Of a DNA stretch of 64,000 nt, positions 51,006 through 58,864 are shown piece by piece (the first letter of the stretch is position 1; every line of letters starts with the position of its first letter). The stretch spans positions 320,001 through 384,000 of the forward strand of contig CAWHTE010000007.1 of assembly GCA_963832165.1 (NCBI GenBank). Reading direction: 5' to 3'. This DNA comes from an uncultured delta proteobacterium (GTDB lineage: Bacteria > Myxococcota_A > UBA9160 > SMWR01). The position numbers were made by a program, and so were the translations under genes. The notes beneath the pieces are model-generated. The model had not been told where the DNA came from and did not search any database. It was given only the letters and a program-made list of their open reading frames with translations.

Positions 51006-51837
51006 GCGCGCCCTCGGTCGCCCAGCCGTGGGCGACCGCCTCGGCCTCGAGCGCAGCGACGCGGTCCGCTGACAGCGGGTGCGTGCCGAGGTAGCCAGGG
51101 ATGCGGGGCAGCGCACCTGCAGAGCCGTCTTCGCGAGCCAGGCGCGCGAAGAAGTCGGAGGTGCCGGCGACGTGTCCATACTCCGCCTGGACCAGAGCGA
51201 GGCCGAACTCGTCGGCTGCAGTCTCCTGGCGGCGGTCGAAGCTGCGCTGCGCGAGCTGGCCCGCGAGGTTGCCGAGCCCCGAAACGAGCTCGTCGCCGTA
51301 ACCGAGCGCGTTGGCCACGACCCAGAGCCCGAGGCCGCGACCGAGGCCGCGCAGGTGGTCGCGCGCCTCGTAGTGGCCGATCTCGTGCGCGAGCACGAGC
51401 GCGAGCTCGTTCTCGCTCTGCACGGTCTCGAGAAGTCCCGAGGTCACGAGGACGACGCGGCCCGGCAGCGCAAGCGCGTTCGGCTCCGGCTCGTCGTCGA
51501 GCACCCCGACCCGGATGTACGGCGGATCGCCGCAGTGCGACGCGAGCCGGTCGACCAGTGCCTGTAGAGCCGGCCTGCGCGGGTCTTCCGCACCCGCGAG
51601 CGCCCAATCCGCGAACCAGCGCGCCTCGAACGCGGGCGGGGCGAGCAGCACGAGCCGATCGACCACGAGCGCCGCGATCACGACGAACACGACCACCGCA
51701 CCGACCAGGCCGACCACGAGCAGCGCGAACTCGCGCAGCGGGTGATCGTCGCTGGTGTTGATGCCTTCGGCCGGGAGTTGGTCTAGAAGTCGCTCGTCGT
51801 CGGTCGCTGCGCGGCCGTCTGCGGCGCTTGCGATCAA
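50974..51837 (-). CDS. M48 family metallopeptidase (start uncertain)
   Basis: PNALALPG, LAHEIGH, ETAAD, THP. N-terminal TM. Confidence 0.88.
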   Translation of the reverse strand: MIASAADGRAATDDERLLDQLPAEGINTSDDHPLREFALLVVGLVGAVVVFVVIAALVVDRLVLLAPPAFEARWFADWALAGAEDPRRPALQALVDRLASHCGDPPYIRVGVLDDEPEPNALALPGRVVLVTSGLLETVQSENELALVLAHEIGHYEARDHLRGLGRGLGLWVVANALGYGDELVSGLGNLAGQLAQRSFDRRQETAADEFGLALVQAEYGHVAGTSDFFARLAREDGSAGALPRIPGYLGTHPLSADRVAALEAEAVAHGWATEGALTPLELPTAE

Positions 51838-52319
51838 CGCGGATCGCTGCGCAGCTCCAGCCCAGTGCCGAACGCGAGCACCTCGACGCCGGTGGTCGCC
51901 TTGCTGTTGCGGCTCGCGCGCGCGACGCGCGTGGTCTCGAGGCGCAGATTCACGATCGCCTGGAAGCCGCGCGCGCGCGCGTCCTCCTTGCAGCGCAGGA
52001 TCGCCTCGCGGCGCGCGCGGTCGAGCAGTGTCTCGTAGCTCTGGACGCGCCCGCCCACGATCGTGCGCAGACTGGCCAGGAAGCGCTTGAAGTGGTCGAC
52101 CGAGATCACGACGCTGCCCGAGACGATGCCGACGGCGTCCACGGCCCACGCGTTCGGGATCTGGCGGAACGTCACCGCGGGCAGCATGCGCAGCTCGTTC
52201 TCGCGCGTGCGGATGCTCGCGTAGTGCTGTCGCTCGACGCGCCGCCCCGTGAAGAACGCTGCGCCGAGCAGCGCGAGCGGCAGGACGATCTGGATCAGCC
52301 CCTCGATCGCGGCGCCCAC
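51834..52319 (-). CDS. YbjQ (UPF0145) family protein with N-terminal TM
   Basis: GG.VQSYETLLDRARREA, AFGTG. Confidence 0.85.
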   Translation of the reverse strand: MGAAIEGLIQIVLPLALLGAAFFTGRRVERQHYASIRTRENELRMLPAVTFRQIPNAWAVDAVGIVSGSVVISVDHFKRFLASLRTIVGGRVQSYETLLDRARREAILRCKEDARARGFQAIVNLRLETTRVARASRNSKATTGVEVLAFGTGLELRSDPR

Positions 52320-52634
52320 CTAGTCCACCTGCACCGCAGTGCCGTATGCGAACAGCTCCGCCGCGCCCTGCGTGATCGAGCTGGTCGAGAAGCGCACGTT
52401 CACCACGGCGTTCGCACCGAGGCTCTCCGCCTCGTGGACCATGCGCTGGAGCGCGTCTTCGCGGCTCTCCTGGAGAAGCTCGGTATAGCCCTTGAGCTCG
52501 CCGCCGAAGATGTTCTTGATGCCGGCCATCAGGTCGCGCCCGATGTGCTTGGAGCGCACCGTGCTGCCGGATACGACGCCGAAGAAACGCTTGATCGTAC
52601 GGCCGGGAATACTCTCGGTCGTCGAGATGATCAT
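52320..52634 (-). CDS. YbjQ (UPF0145) family protein
   Basis: TTESIPG, GGELKGYTELL, GANAVVNVRF, YGTAV. Confidence 0.92.
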   Translation of the reverse strand: MIISTTESIPGRTIKRFFGVVSGSTVRSKHIGRDLMAGIKNIFGGELKGYTELLQESREDALQRMVHEAESLGANAVVNVRFSTSSITQGAAELFAYGTAVQVD

Positions 52635-52739
52635 GGGGGGCCTCCGCTGGTCCACGGAACATCGGCCGGCCAGGGTTGTGGGCTTGAGCATCCGGCACCG
52701 CGCGCGAGGTTTTGTCATGCTCCGCGCGTGCCGCTCCGC

Positions 52740-53741
52740 ATGGGCAAAATCCTGTTGGCCGCCGCGCTCGCGCTGGCCCCGGTTGCGCCTGCGCGCGCGG
52801 TCGGCGACGCGACGCTGATCGACGGGATCGCCGCGCAGGTCGACGGCCGGATCGTGCTGGTGTCCGAGGTGCTGCGATCGGTGCGGCCCCAGGAAGAGGC
52901 GATGCGCCGCGCGGGCGCGCCCGAGCAGGAGATCGCCAAGCTGCGCGCCGACGGGCTCGAGCGGCTGATCGAGTCGCGCCTGGTCGAGAAGATCGTCGAG
53001 GACAGCAATCAGAAGGCCACCGACGAAGAGATCACGCGCACGATCGAGGGCATCGCGCAGGAGAACGGCCTCACGCTCGAGCAGCTCTACGCGAGCGTGG
53101 TGTTCCACGGGCTCACGGTCGAGGAGTACCGCCTCCAGATCAAGCGCGACTTCGAGCGGCGCAACATGATCCAGGGAATGCTCGGCCAGCGCGTCAAGGT
53201 CGAGGACGGCGAGATCGAGGAGCTCTACGCCGCCCGCTACGGCAAGCAGCGCGACACGGGAGACTCGGTGCACGTGCGCCAGATCCTGCGCGCGTACGGC
53301 GGCGCGTCCCAGCGCACGCAGGACGTCGCCTGCAACGAGGTGCGCCTCGCGCGCGATCGCGTCGCGGGCGGCGAGCCGTTCGAGAAGGTGGCCTCGCAGG
53401 TCTCCGAGGCCGCGCCGCGCGACGGCGGCGACATCGGTTGGCTGCCGCTCGCGAGCGTCGCGCCGTGGATGAGTCAGGCGCTCGAAGGCGTCCCCGACGG
53501 CGGCATGAGCGAGGTGCTCGTGCTGCCGTTCGGCTGCGCGGTGCTCCAGCTCGTCGAGCGCCGCGTGCTCGAGCCCGTCACCTACGAGCAGGCAAAGGAA
53601 TCGCTCTCGCGCGAGCTCTGGGAGCGCAAGCTCGAGCAGGAGTACCGCACCTGGATCGAGGAGATGCGCGGGAACAGCTACATCGAGCGACACGGCTACT
53701 TCGCCGACGCCGCCGCGCTCGGCGCATCCGACGTCGAGTAG
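52740..53741 (+). CDS. surA: SurA-like periplasmic chaperone/parvulin PPIase
   Basis: Signal peptide, IDGIAAQVDGRIVLVSEV, VHVRQIL, GGDIGW. Confidence 0.8.
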   Translation: MGKILLAAALALAPVAPARAVGDATLIDGIAAQVDGRIVLVSEVLRSVRPQEEAMRRAGAPEQEIAKLRADGLERLIESRLVEKIVEDSNQKATDEEITRTIEGIAQENGLTLEQLYASVVFHGLTVEEYRLQIKRDFERRNMIQGMLGQRVKVEDGEIEELYAARYGKQRDTGDSVHVRQILRAYGGASQRTQDVACNEVRLARDRVAGGEPFEKVASQVSEAAPRDGGDIGWLPLASVAPWMSQALEGVPDGGMSEVLVLPFGCAVLQLVERRVLEPVTYEQAKESLSRELWERKLEQEYRTWIEEMRGNSYIERHGYFADAAALGASDVE

Positions 53742-53749
53742 CTCCCCCG

Positions 53750-54835
53750 TCAGGGCCGCACGACGTAGAACGCATTGACGGGATGCCCGAGGTCGAGCGG
53801 CTCGAAGCGCGCGAAGCCGGCCTCGGCAGCCATCTGGCGCAACAGATCCGCGTGCAGCCCGAGCGTGCCGAGCCCGAGCCCGCCCGGCTCGGAGAGCGCC
53901 GACGACATGCACGTGAGCACCGAGGTGCCGTACATCAGCGCGGCCATCGGGTTCTTGCGCACGTTCGCCTCGTAGCCGTCCTGCGCCTTGATGTCGGCGA
54001 CCAGCCAGGTGCCGTCGTCGCGCAGCGCGGCGCGGATCCCCTCGATCGCGCTCGCGGGATCCGTCATGTCGTGCAGGCAATCGAACGTGGTGATGAAGTG
54101 GAAGCTCGCGTCGCGCGGCAGAGGCTCGCGCCTGGCATCGTGGAATTCGACGTTGTCGAGACCCGCGGCGAGCCGGTTGGACTCGGCGCGCGAGAGCGCG
54201 TGGTGCGAGATGTCGTAGCCGTGGAAGTGTGAGTTCGGGAACGCGCTGGCCATCTCGAGCAGCGCGACGCCCGCGCCGCAGCCCACGTCGGCCACGCGCG
54301 CGCCGCGCTCGAGCGCAGGCACCACGCCCGCGATGCGCGGCAGCGCCATCGGCACGAGCAGCGCGCGATACCACGGCGCGAAGCCGCGCTCGATGCCCGC
54401 GGCCGCGCCGGGGCCGAGCGCGTCGTAGTCGAGACCCACGCCGCTCGCGAACGCCTCGGGCATGCGGTCGACGATCGCGATCGTCTCGGGCAGCGACGCG
54501 AACATCCCACAGCCGAACGCGGGATGGCGTTCGTCGGCGAGCACGGCGCGTCCCTCGGGCGAGAGCGCGAATCGCTCGTCGCCGCGGTGCTCGAGCACGC
54601 CGGCCGCTCCCTGCTGGTACAGCCACTCGCGCAGCCAGCGCTCGGAGAGCCCCGTGCGCCGCGCGAGCTCGGTGCTGTCGGCGGGCCCATCGTTCGCGAG
54701 CGAGCGGTACAGGCCGAGCCGGTCGCCCAGGCAGATCATCGCCGAGGTCATCGCGCCCCCGAGCGCGCCGAATACCTGCTTCGCGAATTCCTTGAGCCGC
54801 TCGGGATCGAGCGCGCGGTCATCGGGGGTGGACAT
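53750..54835 (-). CDS. SAM-dependent methyltransferase with N-terminal wHTH (Rv2258c-like)
   Basis: GDRLGLYR, ERWLREWL, DVGCGAG, FDCLHDM. Confidence 0.85.
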   Translation of the reverse strand: MSTPDDRALDPERLKEFAKQVFGALGGAMTSAMICLGDRLGLYRSLANDGPADSTELARRTGLSERWLREWLYQQGAAGVLEHRGDERFALSPEGRAVLADERHPAFGCGMFASLPETIAIVDRMPEAFASGVGLDYDALGPGAAAGIERGFAPWYRALLVPMALPRIAGVVPALERGARVADVGCGAGVALLEMASAFPNSHFHGYDISHHALSRAESNRLAAGLDNVEFHDARREPLPRDASFHFITTFDCLHDMTDPASAIEGIRAALRDDGTWLVADIKAQDGYEANVRKNPMAALMYGTSVLTCMSSALSEPGGLGLGTLGLHADLLRQMAAEAGFARFEPLDLGHPVNAFYVVRP

Positions 54836-54850
54836 GGCTTCCTCCTGGGC

Positions 54851-55459
54851 TCAGTCGAGTCCGAATCGCTCCTGCAGCGCGCCGAGCGCGCGCGCGGTCA
54901 CGGCCTCCGCGCTGCCCGACGCGTCGACGCGCACGAGGTAGGGGCGCTCGATCGCCGCGAAGATCGCCGCGACCTGCGTCAGGTACTCGCCGTGCTCGAA
55001 GCGCGGATCGGCCGCACCGCGCGCGCGCGTTCGCGCGAGGCCCTCGGCGGCGGGCAACTCGAACAGCAGCGCGGCGTCGGGCGCGGGGAACTCGGCCTCG
55101 CTGTCGGCGAGGATCCTGCGCCAGTCGAGGCCGCGCGCGCCCTGATAGGCGACGGTCGAGAGGAAGTAGCGGTCGGTGAGCACCCAGCGGCCCGCCGCGA
55201 GCGCGGGCTCGATCGTGCGCGCCACGTGCTCGCGCCGATCTTCCACGAACAGCGCGAGCTCGCGCTCGACGGACAGGTGATCGCCCCCGCGCAGCAGCGC
55301 GCGCAGGCGTTGCCCGGTCGGGGCGTCGCTGGGCTCGCGCGTCTGCACGACATCGCGGCCGCGCTCGCGCAGCGCCTGCGCGAGCCGCACCGCCTGCGTC
55401 GACTTGCCGCAGCCGTCGAGCCCTTCGAGCGCGACGAGCGTCCCCCGGTTCACGGCCAT
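54851..55459 (-). CDS. tmk: Thymidylate kinase
   Basis: EGLDGCGKSTQ, TREP, DRY..STVAYQG. Confidence 0.95.
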   Translation of the reverse strand: MAVNRGTLVALEGLDGCGKSTQAVRLAQALRERGRDVVQTREPSDAPTGQRLRALLRGGDHLSVERELALFVEDRREHVARTIEPALAAGRWVLTDRYFLSTVAYQGARGLDWRRILADSEAEFPAPDAALLFELPAAEGLARTRARGAADPRFEHGEYLTQVAAIFAAIERPYLVRVDASGSAEAVTARALGALQERFGLD

Positions 55460-55526
55460 CGCGTGGCGATCCGTTCACGCCCGGGGCCGAGTCGAGGCTG
55501 CGGTGCAACGGCACATCGCCCCAGCG

Positions 55527-55542
55527 TGGCATGCCGCTTGCT
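55527..55542 (+). promoter_or_regulatory. Sigma54 (-24/-12) promoter
   Basis: TGGCATGCCGCTTGCT versus consensus TGGCACG-N4-TTGCW, with correct GG-N10-GC spacing. Confidence 0.65.
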
Positions 55543-55551
55543 CCCGAGAAA

Positions 55552-55690
55552 GGCGCGCCGCAAGGCGTGCCCGCCAGCACCCCTCTAACGGGACCGGGGG
55601 TCGGCGGGTTCTCGGACGCCGGGCGGGGGCATTGGCATGCCGCGGGAATTCAAACGGGGTGAGGCCCGTGGCTGGCTCCCGCCCGGCGTT
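55552..55690 (+). ncRNA. Candidate structured sRNA (three stem-loops)
   Basis: Starts at the predicted sigma54 +1. Hairpins at 55552-55571 (GCAA loop), 55572-55606 and 55615-55690. G·U pairs form only on the + strand. Confidence 0.55.
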
Positions 55691-55702
55691 CAACCGAGGT
55701 GG

Positions 55703-56020
55703 CTAGATCTTGCCCTGGAGCATGAACGCGATCACGAGCCCGTAGATCGCGATCGACTCGATCAGCACCATGCCGAGGATGAAGTTGACGAACATCGCGC
55801 CCGCAGCGCCCGGATTGCGCGCGATGCCCGCGGTCGTGTTGCCCGCGGTGAGACCCTGGCCGATGCCGCAGCCGAGCCCCGCGAGGCCGACCGCGAGGCC
55901 CGCGCCGAGCGCATAGCCCCAGCTCGAGCCGCCATCGCCCGCGCCTTCCTGGGCCATCGCTGCGAGCGGCGCGATTACGAACATCAGGGTCCACAGAACG
56001 GTCGATCGAAACTTGCGCAT
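55703..56020 (-). CDS. atpE: F0 ATP synthase subunit c with N-terminal leader
   Basis: GxGxGxG, ARNPG, IESIAIYGLVIA. Confidence 0.95.
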   Translation of the reverse strand: MRKFRSTVLWTLMFVIAPLAAMAQEGAGDGGSSWGYALGAGLAVGLAGLGCGIGQGLTAGNTTAGIARNPGAAGAMFVNFILGMVLIESIAIYGLVIAFMLQGKI

Positions 56021-56063
56021 GGATCCAGTCACTCCTTTGGTGGGTTGTGCGCGCGAGTCGCCG

Positions 56064-56780
56064 CTAGTGCGGCTCGTCGAGCGCGAGTCGGATGTAGATC
56101 ATCGTGAGCAGGGCGAATACGAACGCCTGCAGGAACGCGACGACGAGCCCGAGCCCCATGAACACGGCCGGCACCGCGATCGGCACCAGCGAGATCCAGA
56201 CCGCGACCACGGTGTGGTCGGCGAACATGTTCGCGAGCAAGCGCACGGCCAGCGTGACGATGCGCGCGAGGTCGAGCGGGATCTCGAGCACGAAGAAGAG
56301 CGGGGCGAGCAGCCGGAAGTGGACGTGGCGGCCGAAGATCTCGCGCTCGAAGAAGCTCGGCCCGAGGAACTTCACGACGTACTTCTGCTTGTGCTCGAGG
56401 ATCCCGATCACCGTGTAGAACACCCACGCGATGACCGCCCACGCGGCGGTGGTGTTGACGTCGCTCGTCGCACCCGCGAGCCCCGGGACCAGGCCCATCA
56501 GGTTCGAGATCAGGATGAAGAAGAACATCGTCCCGACGAGCGGGAAGTAGGTGCGCCACTTGGGGCCCATGTGCTCGCGCGCCATGCCCGAGAGCCATTC
56601 GACGAGCACCTCGAGCAGGTTGCGCACCGTGACGCCTTCGTCCGGGAGCACTCCGCCGTCGGAGGTCGCGATGCGCCGCCGCACCAGCACACCACCGAGC
56701 AGCAGCAACACGGCCGCCATCACGGCGGCCTGGATCACCCAGGGCACGTGGATGAGGTGCTCGAAGTCGTGGAAGATCAT
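56064..56780 (-). CDS. atpB: F0 ATP synthase subunit a
   Basis: NLMGLVPG, TLAVRLLANM, LQAFVFALLTMIYI. Confidence 0.95.
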   Translation of the reverse strand: MIFHDFEHLIHVPWVIQAAVMAAVLLLLGGVLVRRRIATSDGGVLPDEGVTVRNLLEVLVEWLSGMAREHMGPKWRTYFPLVGTMFFFILISNLMGLVPGLAGATSDVNTTAAWAVIAWVFYTVIGILEHKQKYVVKFLGPSFFEREIFGRHVHFRLLAPLFFVLEIPLDLARIVTLAVRLLANMFADHTVVAVWISLVPIAVPAVFMGLGLVVAFLQAFVFALLTMIYIRLALDEPH

Positions 56781-57223
56781 TCGTCGTCCTCGTCACTCGC
56801 TTCTCGCTCGCGCGCGAGCCACGGGTTCCAGCTCTCCCAGGCGGGATCATCGAGCGGGAGCGCCGGGGCGTTCGGATCGATCGCGGGACGGCTGCGCCAC
56901 GCAGCCCAGATCGAAGCGGGCATGATCAGCGAGAGCCCGATCACGAGGCCGACCGGGTGCGCGCCGAGCGCGAGCGCTCCGCCGATCCCGATCACGAGCA
57001 GGCCGAAGCGCAGCGCATAGAGACCCGTCCAGCCGCCGCCGCTCTTGATCTCGCCAAAGAACAGGAGCTGCGCCTGCTGGTGCAGCCCGCGGAAGTTCAC
57101 GGCCTCGAGCAGCGCGCCGAAGCCCAGGCTCAGCGCGAACAGGGGCGACACGAGCCACCACGCGGCGGCGGTTGCGCCCGCGGACAGCGCGAAGTTCAGG
57201 CGTTCGATGGGCTGGATCGTCAC
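56777..57223 (-). CDS. atpI: ATP synthase subunit I
   Basis: Four TM helices, immediately upstream of atpB. Confidence 0.75.
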   Translation of the reverse strand: MTIQPIERLNFALSAGATAAAWWLVSPLFALSLGFGALLEAVNFRGLHQQAQLLFFGEIKSGGGWTGLYALRFGLLVIGIGGALALGAHPVGLVIGLSLIMPASIWAAWRSRPAIDPNAPALPLDDPAWESWNPWLAREREASDEDDE

Positions 57224-57501
57224 GGTTTGGGATCGTCGTCGAGTTGTCGCAGCTGTTGGCCCAGCCGCAAGAGGCGCAGCACGAACGCGCCGAAACCGAT
57301 CGCGGCGCCCACGAGCAGGAGGATGGGTGTTGTGTCGAAGCGGCCGTCCAACCAGTACCCGCCGCCGATCGCGATCGGGATCGCCAGCACCGCTTCGAAC
57401 GCGCCTTGATAAGCCGCGACCCCGCGCCGCTGGACTGTCTGCTCGGGCGACGCCGGATCTTCGTTCGGAGGATCGGTGGGGTCTGTCGGAACGCGGCGCA
57501 T
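57220..57501 (-). CDS. AtpZ/AtpI family 2-TM protein (start uncertain)
   Basis: GGYWLDGRFDTTP.LLLVG motif. Confidence 0.78.
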   Translation of the reverse strand: MRRVPTDPTDPPNEDPASPEQTVQRRGVAAYQGAFEAVLAIPIAIGGGYWLDGRFDTTPILLLVGAAIGFGAFVLRLLRLGQQLRQLDDDPKP

Positions 57502-57538
57502 GCTAGCCAACGCCTCCGCGAGCCTCAACGCACTGCGG

Positions 57539-57590
57539 CAAGTCTCATGGACTTCGCTCGCCTTCGGCTCGCTGCGCGAAACTTGCGGCC
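57539..57590 (-). repeat. Dispersed element copy encoding the HemL C-terminus and stop codon, with imperfect terminal inverted repeats
   Basis: GGCCGCAAGTTTCGCGCAGCGAGCCGAAGGCGAGCGAAGTCCATGAGACTTGC on the minus strand. Confidence 0.95.
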
Positions 57591-58864
57591 CGAAATGCCG
57601 CGCGCGCAGCGGAGATCGTGGCGGCGATCTGGGCCGGACGGTGAGCGAGCGAGACGAAGCCCGCCTCGAAGGCCGAGGGCGCGAGATAGACGCCCGCGTC
57701 GAGCATCGCGGCGAAGAATCGGCGGAAGGCCGCCGCGTCGGCCTTCTTCGCATCCGCGAAGTTGCGCACGGGCCCCGCGTGGAAGAAGAAGCCGAACATC
57801 CCACCGATCGCGGCGGACGTGAACGGAACCCCGGCTTCGGCCGCCGCGGCCGCGAGACCGTCCGCGAGTGCCCGGCTCGTCTGCTCGAGCTGCGCGTAGA
57901 CGCGCGGCTTTGCGAGCCGGTCGAGCGTCGCGCAGCCGGCCGCCATCGCGAGCGGGTTGCCCGAGAGCGTCCCGGCCTGATAGACGGGCCCGTCGGGCGC
58001 CATGCGGTCGAGCAGCTCGGCCGGACCGCCGTACGCGGCCGCGGGCAGGCCCCCGCCCACCACCTTGCCGAGGCAGGTCAGATCGGGTGCCACGCCGAAG
58101 CGCTCCTGCGCGCCGCCGCGCGCGACGCGGAAGCCCGTCATCACCTCGTCGAAGATCAGGAGCGCGCCCGCGCGCGTGCACAGCTCGCGCAGCCCGGCGA
58201 GGAAGCCCGGCTCCGGCAGCACGAGGCCCATGTTGCCCGCAACCGGCTCGACGATCACGCACGCGATCTCGCGTCCCCAGCGCGTCATCGCATCCGACAC
58301 CGCGCCGAGATCGTTGTAGGGTGCGGTCACGGTGAGCTCGGTGAACGCCTCGGGCACGCCGGGCGAGCCCGGGATCCCCAGCGTCGCGACACCGCTGCCT
58401 GCGCCGACCAGCAGCGCGTCGGCGTGGCCGTGGTAGCAGCCCTCGAACTTGAGGATCCGCGGCCGACCCGTCACCGCGCGCGCGAGCCGCAGCGCGCTCA
58501 TCGTCGCCTCGGTGCCCGAGGAGACGAAGCGCACGCGCTCGATTCCGGGCACCGCGGCCACCACGCGCTGCGCGAGCGCGGTCTCGAGCTCGGTCGGCGC
58601 GCCGAAGCTCGTGCCGTGGCGCAGCGCCGCGCGCACCGCGCGCAGCACGTCCGGATCCGCGTGCCCGAGGATCATCGGGCCCCACGACCCCACGTAGTCG
58701 ATATACACGTTGCCGTCGGCGTCCCAGATCCGCGCGCCGCGCGCGCGCGAGATGAAGCGCGGCGTCGCGCCGACCGCCCCGAACGCGCGCACGGGGCTGT
58801 TCACGCCGCCCGGGATCACGCGCCGCGCGCGCTCGAACAGGCGCCGCGAGCGTCCCGTCTTCAC
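57545..58864 (-). CDS. hemL: Glutamate-1-semialdehyde 2,1-aminomutase
   Basis: [56 protein letters not shown]. Confidence 0.96.
   Translation of the reverse strand: MKTGRSRRLFERARRVIPGGVNSPVRAFGAVGATPRFISRARGARIWDADGNVYIDYVGSWGPMILGHADPDVLRAVRAALRHGTSFGAPTELETALAQRVVAAVPGIERVRFVSSGTEATMSALRLARAVTGRPRILKFEGCYHGHADALLVGAGSGVATLGIPGSPGVPEAFTELTVTAPYNDLGAVSDAMTRWGREIACVIVEPVAGNMGLVLPEPGFLAGLRELCTRAGALLIFDEVMTGFRVARGGAQERFGVAPDLTCLGKVVGGGLPAAAYGGPAELLDRMAPDGPVYQAGTLSGNPLAMAAGCATLDRLAKPRVYAQLEQTSRALADGLAAAAAEAGVPFTSAAIGGMFGFFFHAGPVRNFADAKKADAAAFRRFFAAMLDAGVYLAPSAFEAGFVSLAHRPAQIAATISAARAAFRAASFAQRAEGERSP

Noticed and set aside
55552..55690. Identification as SRP RNA, 6S RNA or tRNA
   Set aside because: No SRP GGAA-loop domain IV motif, no single 6S-like rod with a central bubble, and no cloverleaf or T-loop.
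56007..56017. CGCAAGTTTCG at the atpE start matching the repeat's left end
   Set aside because: Only 11 bp with no hairpin core, and explicable as an ordinary MRKF leader.
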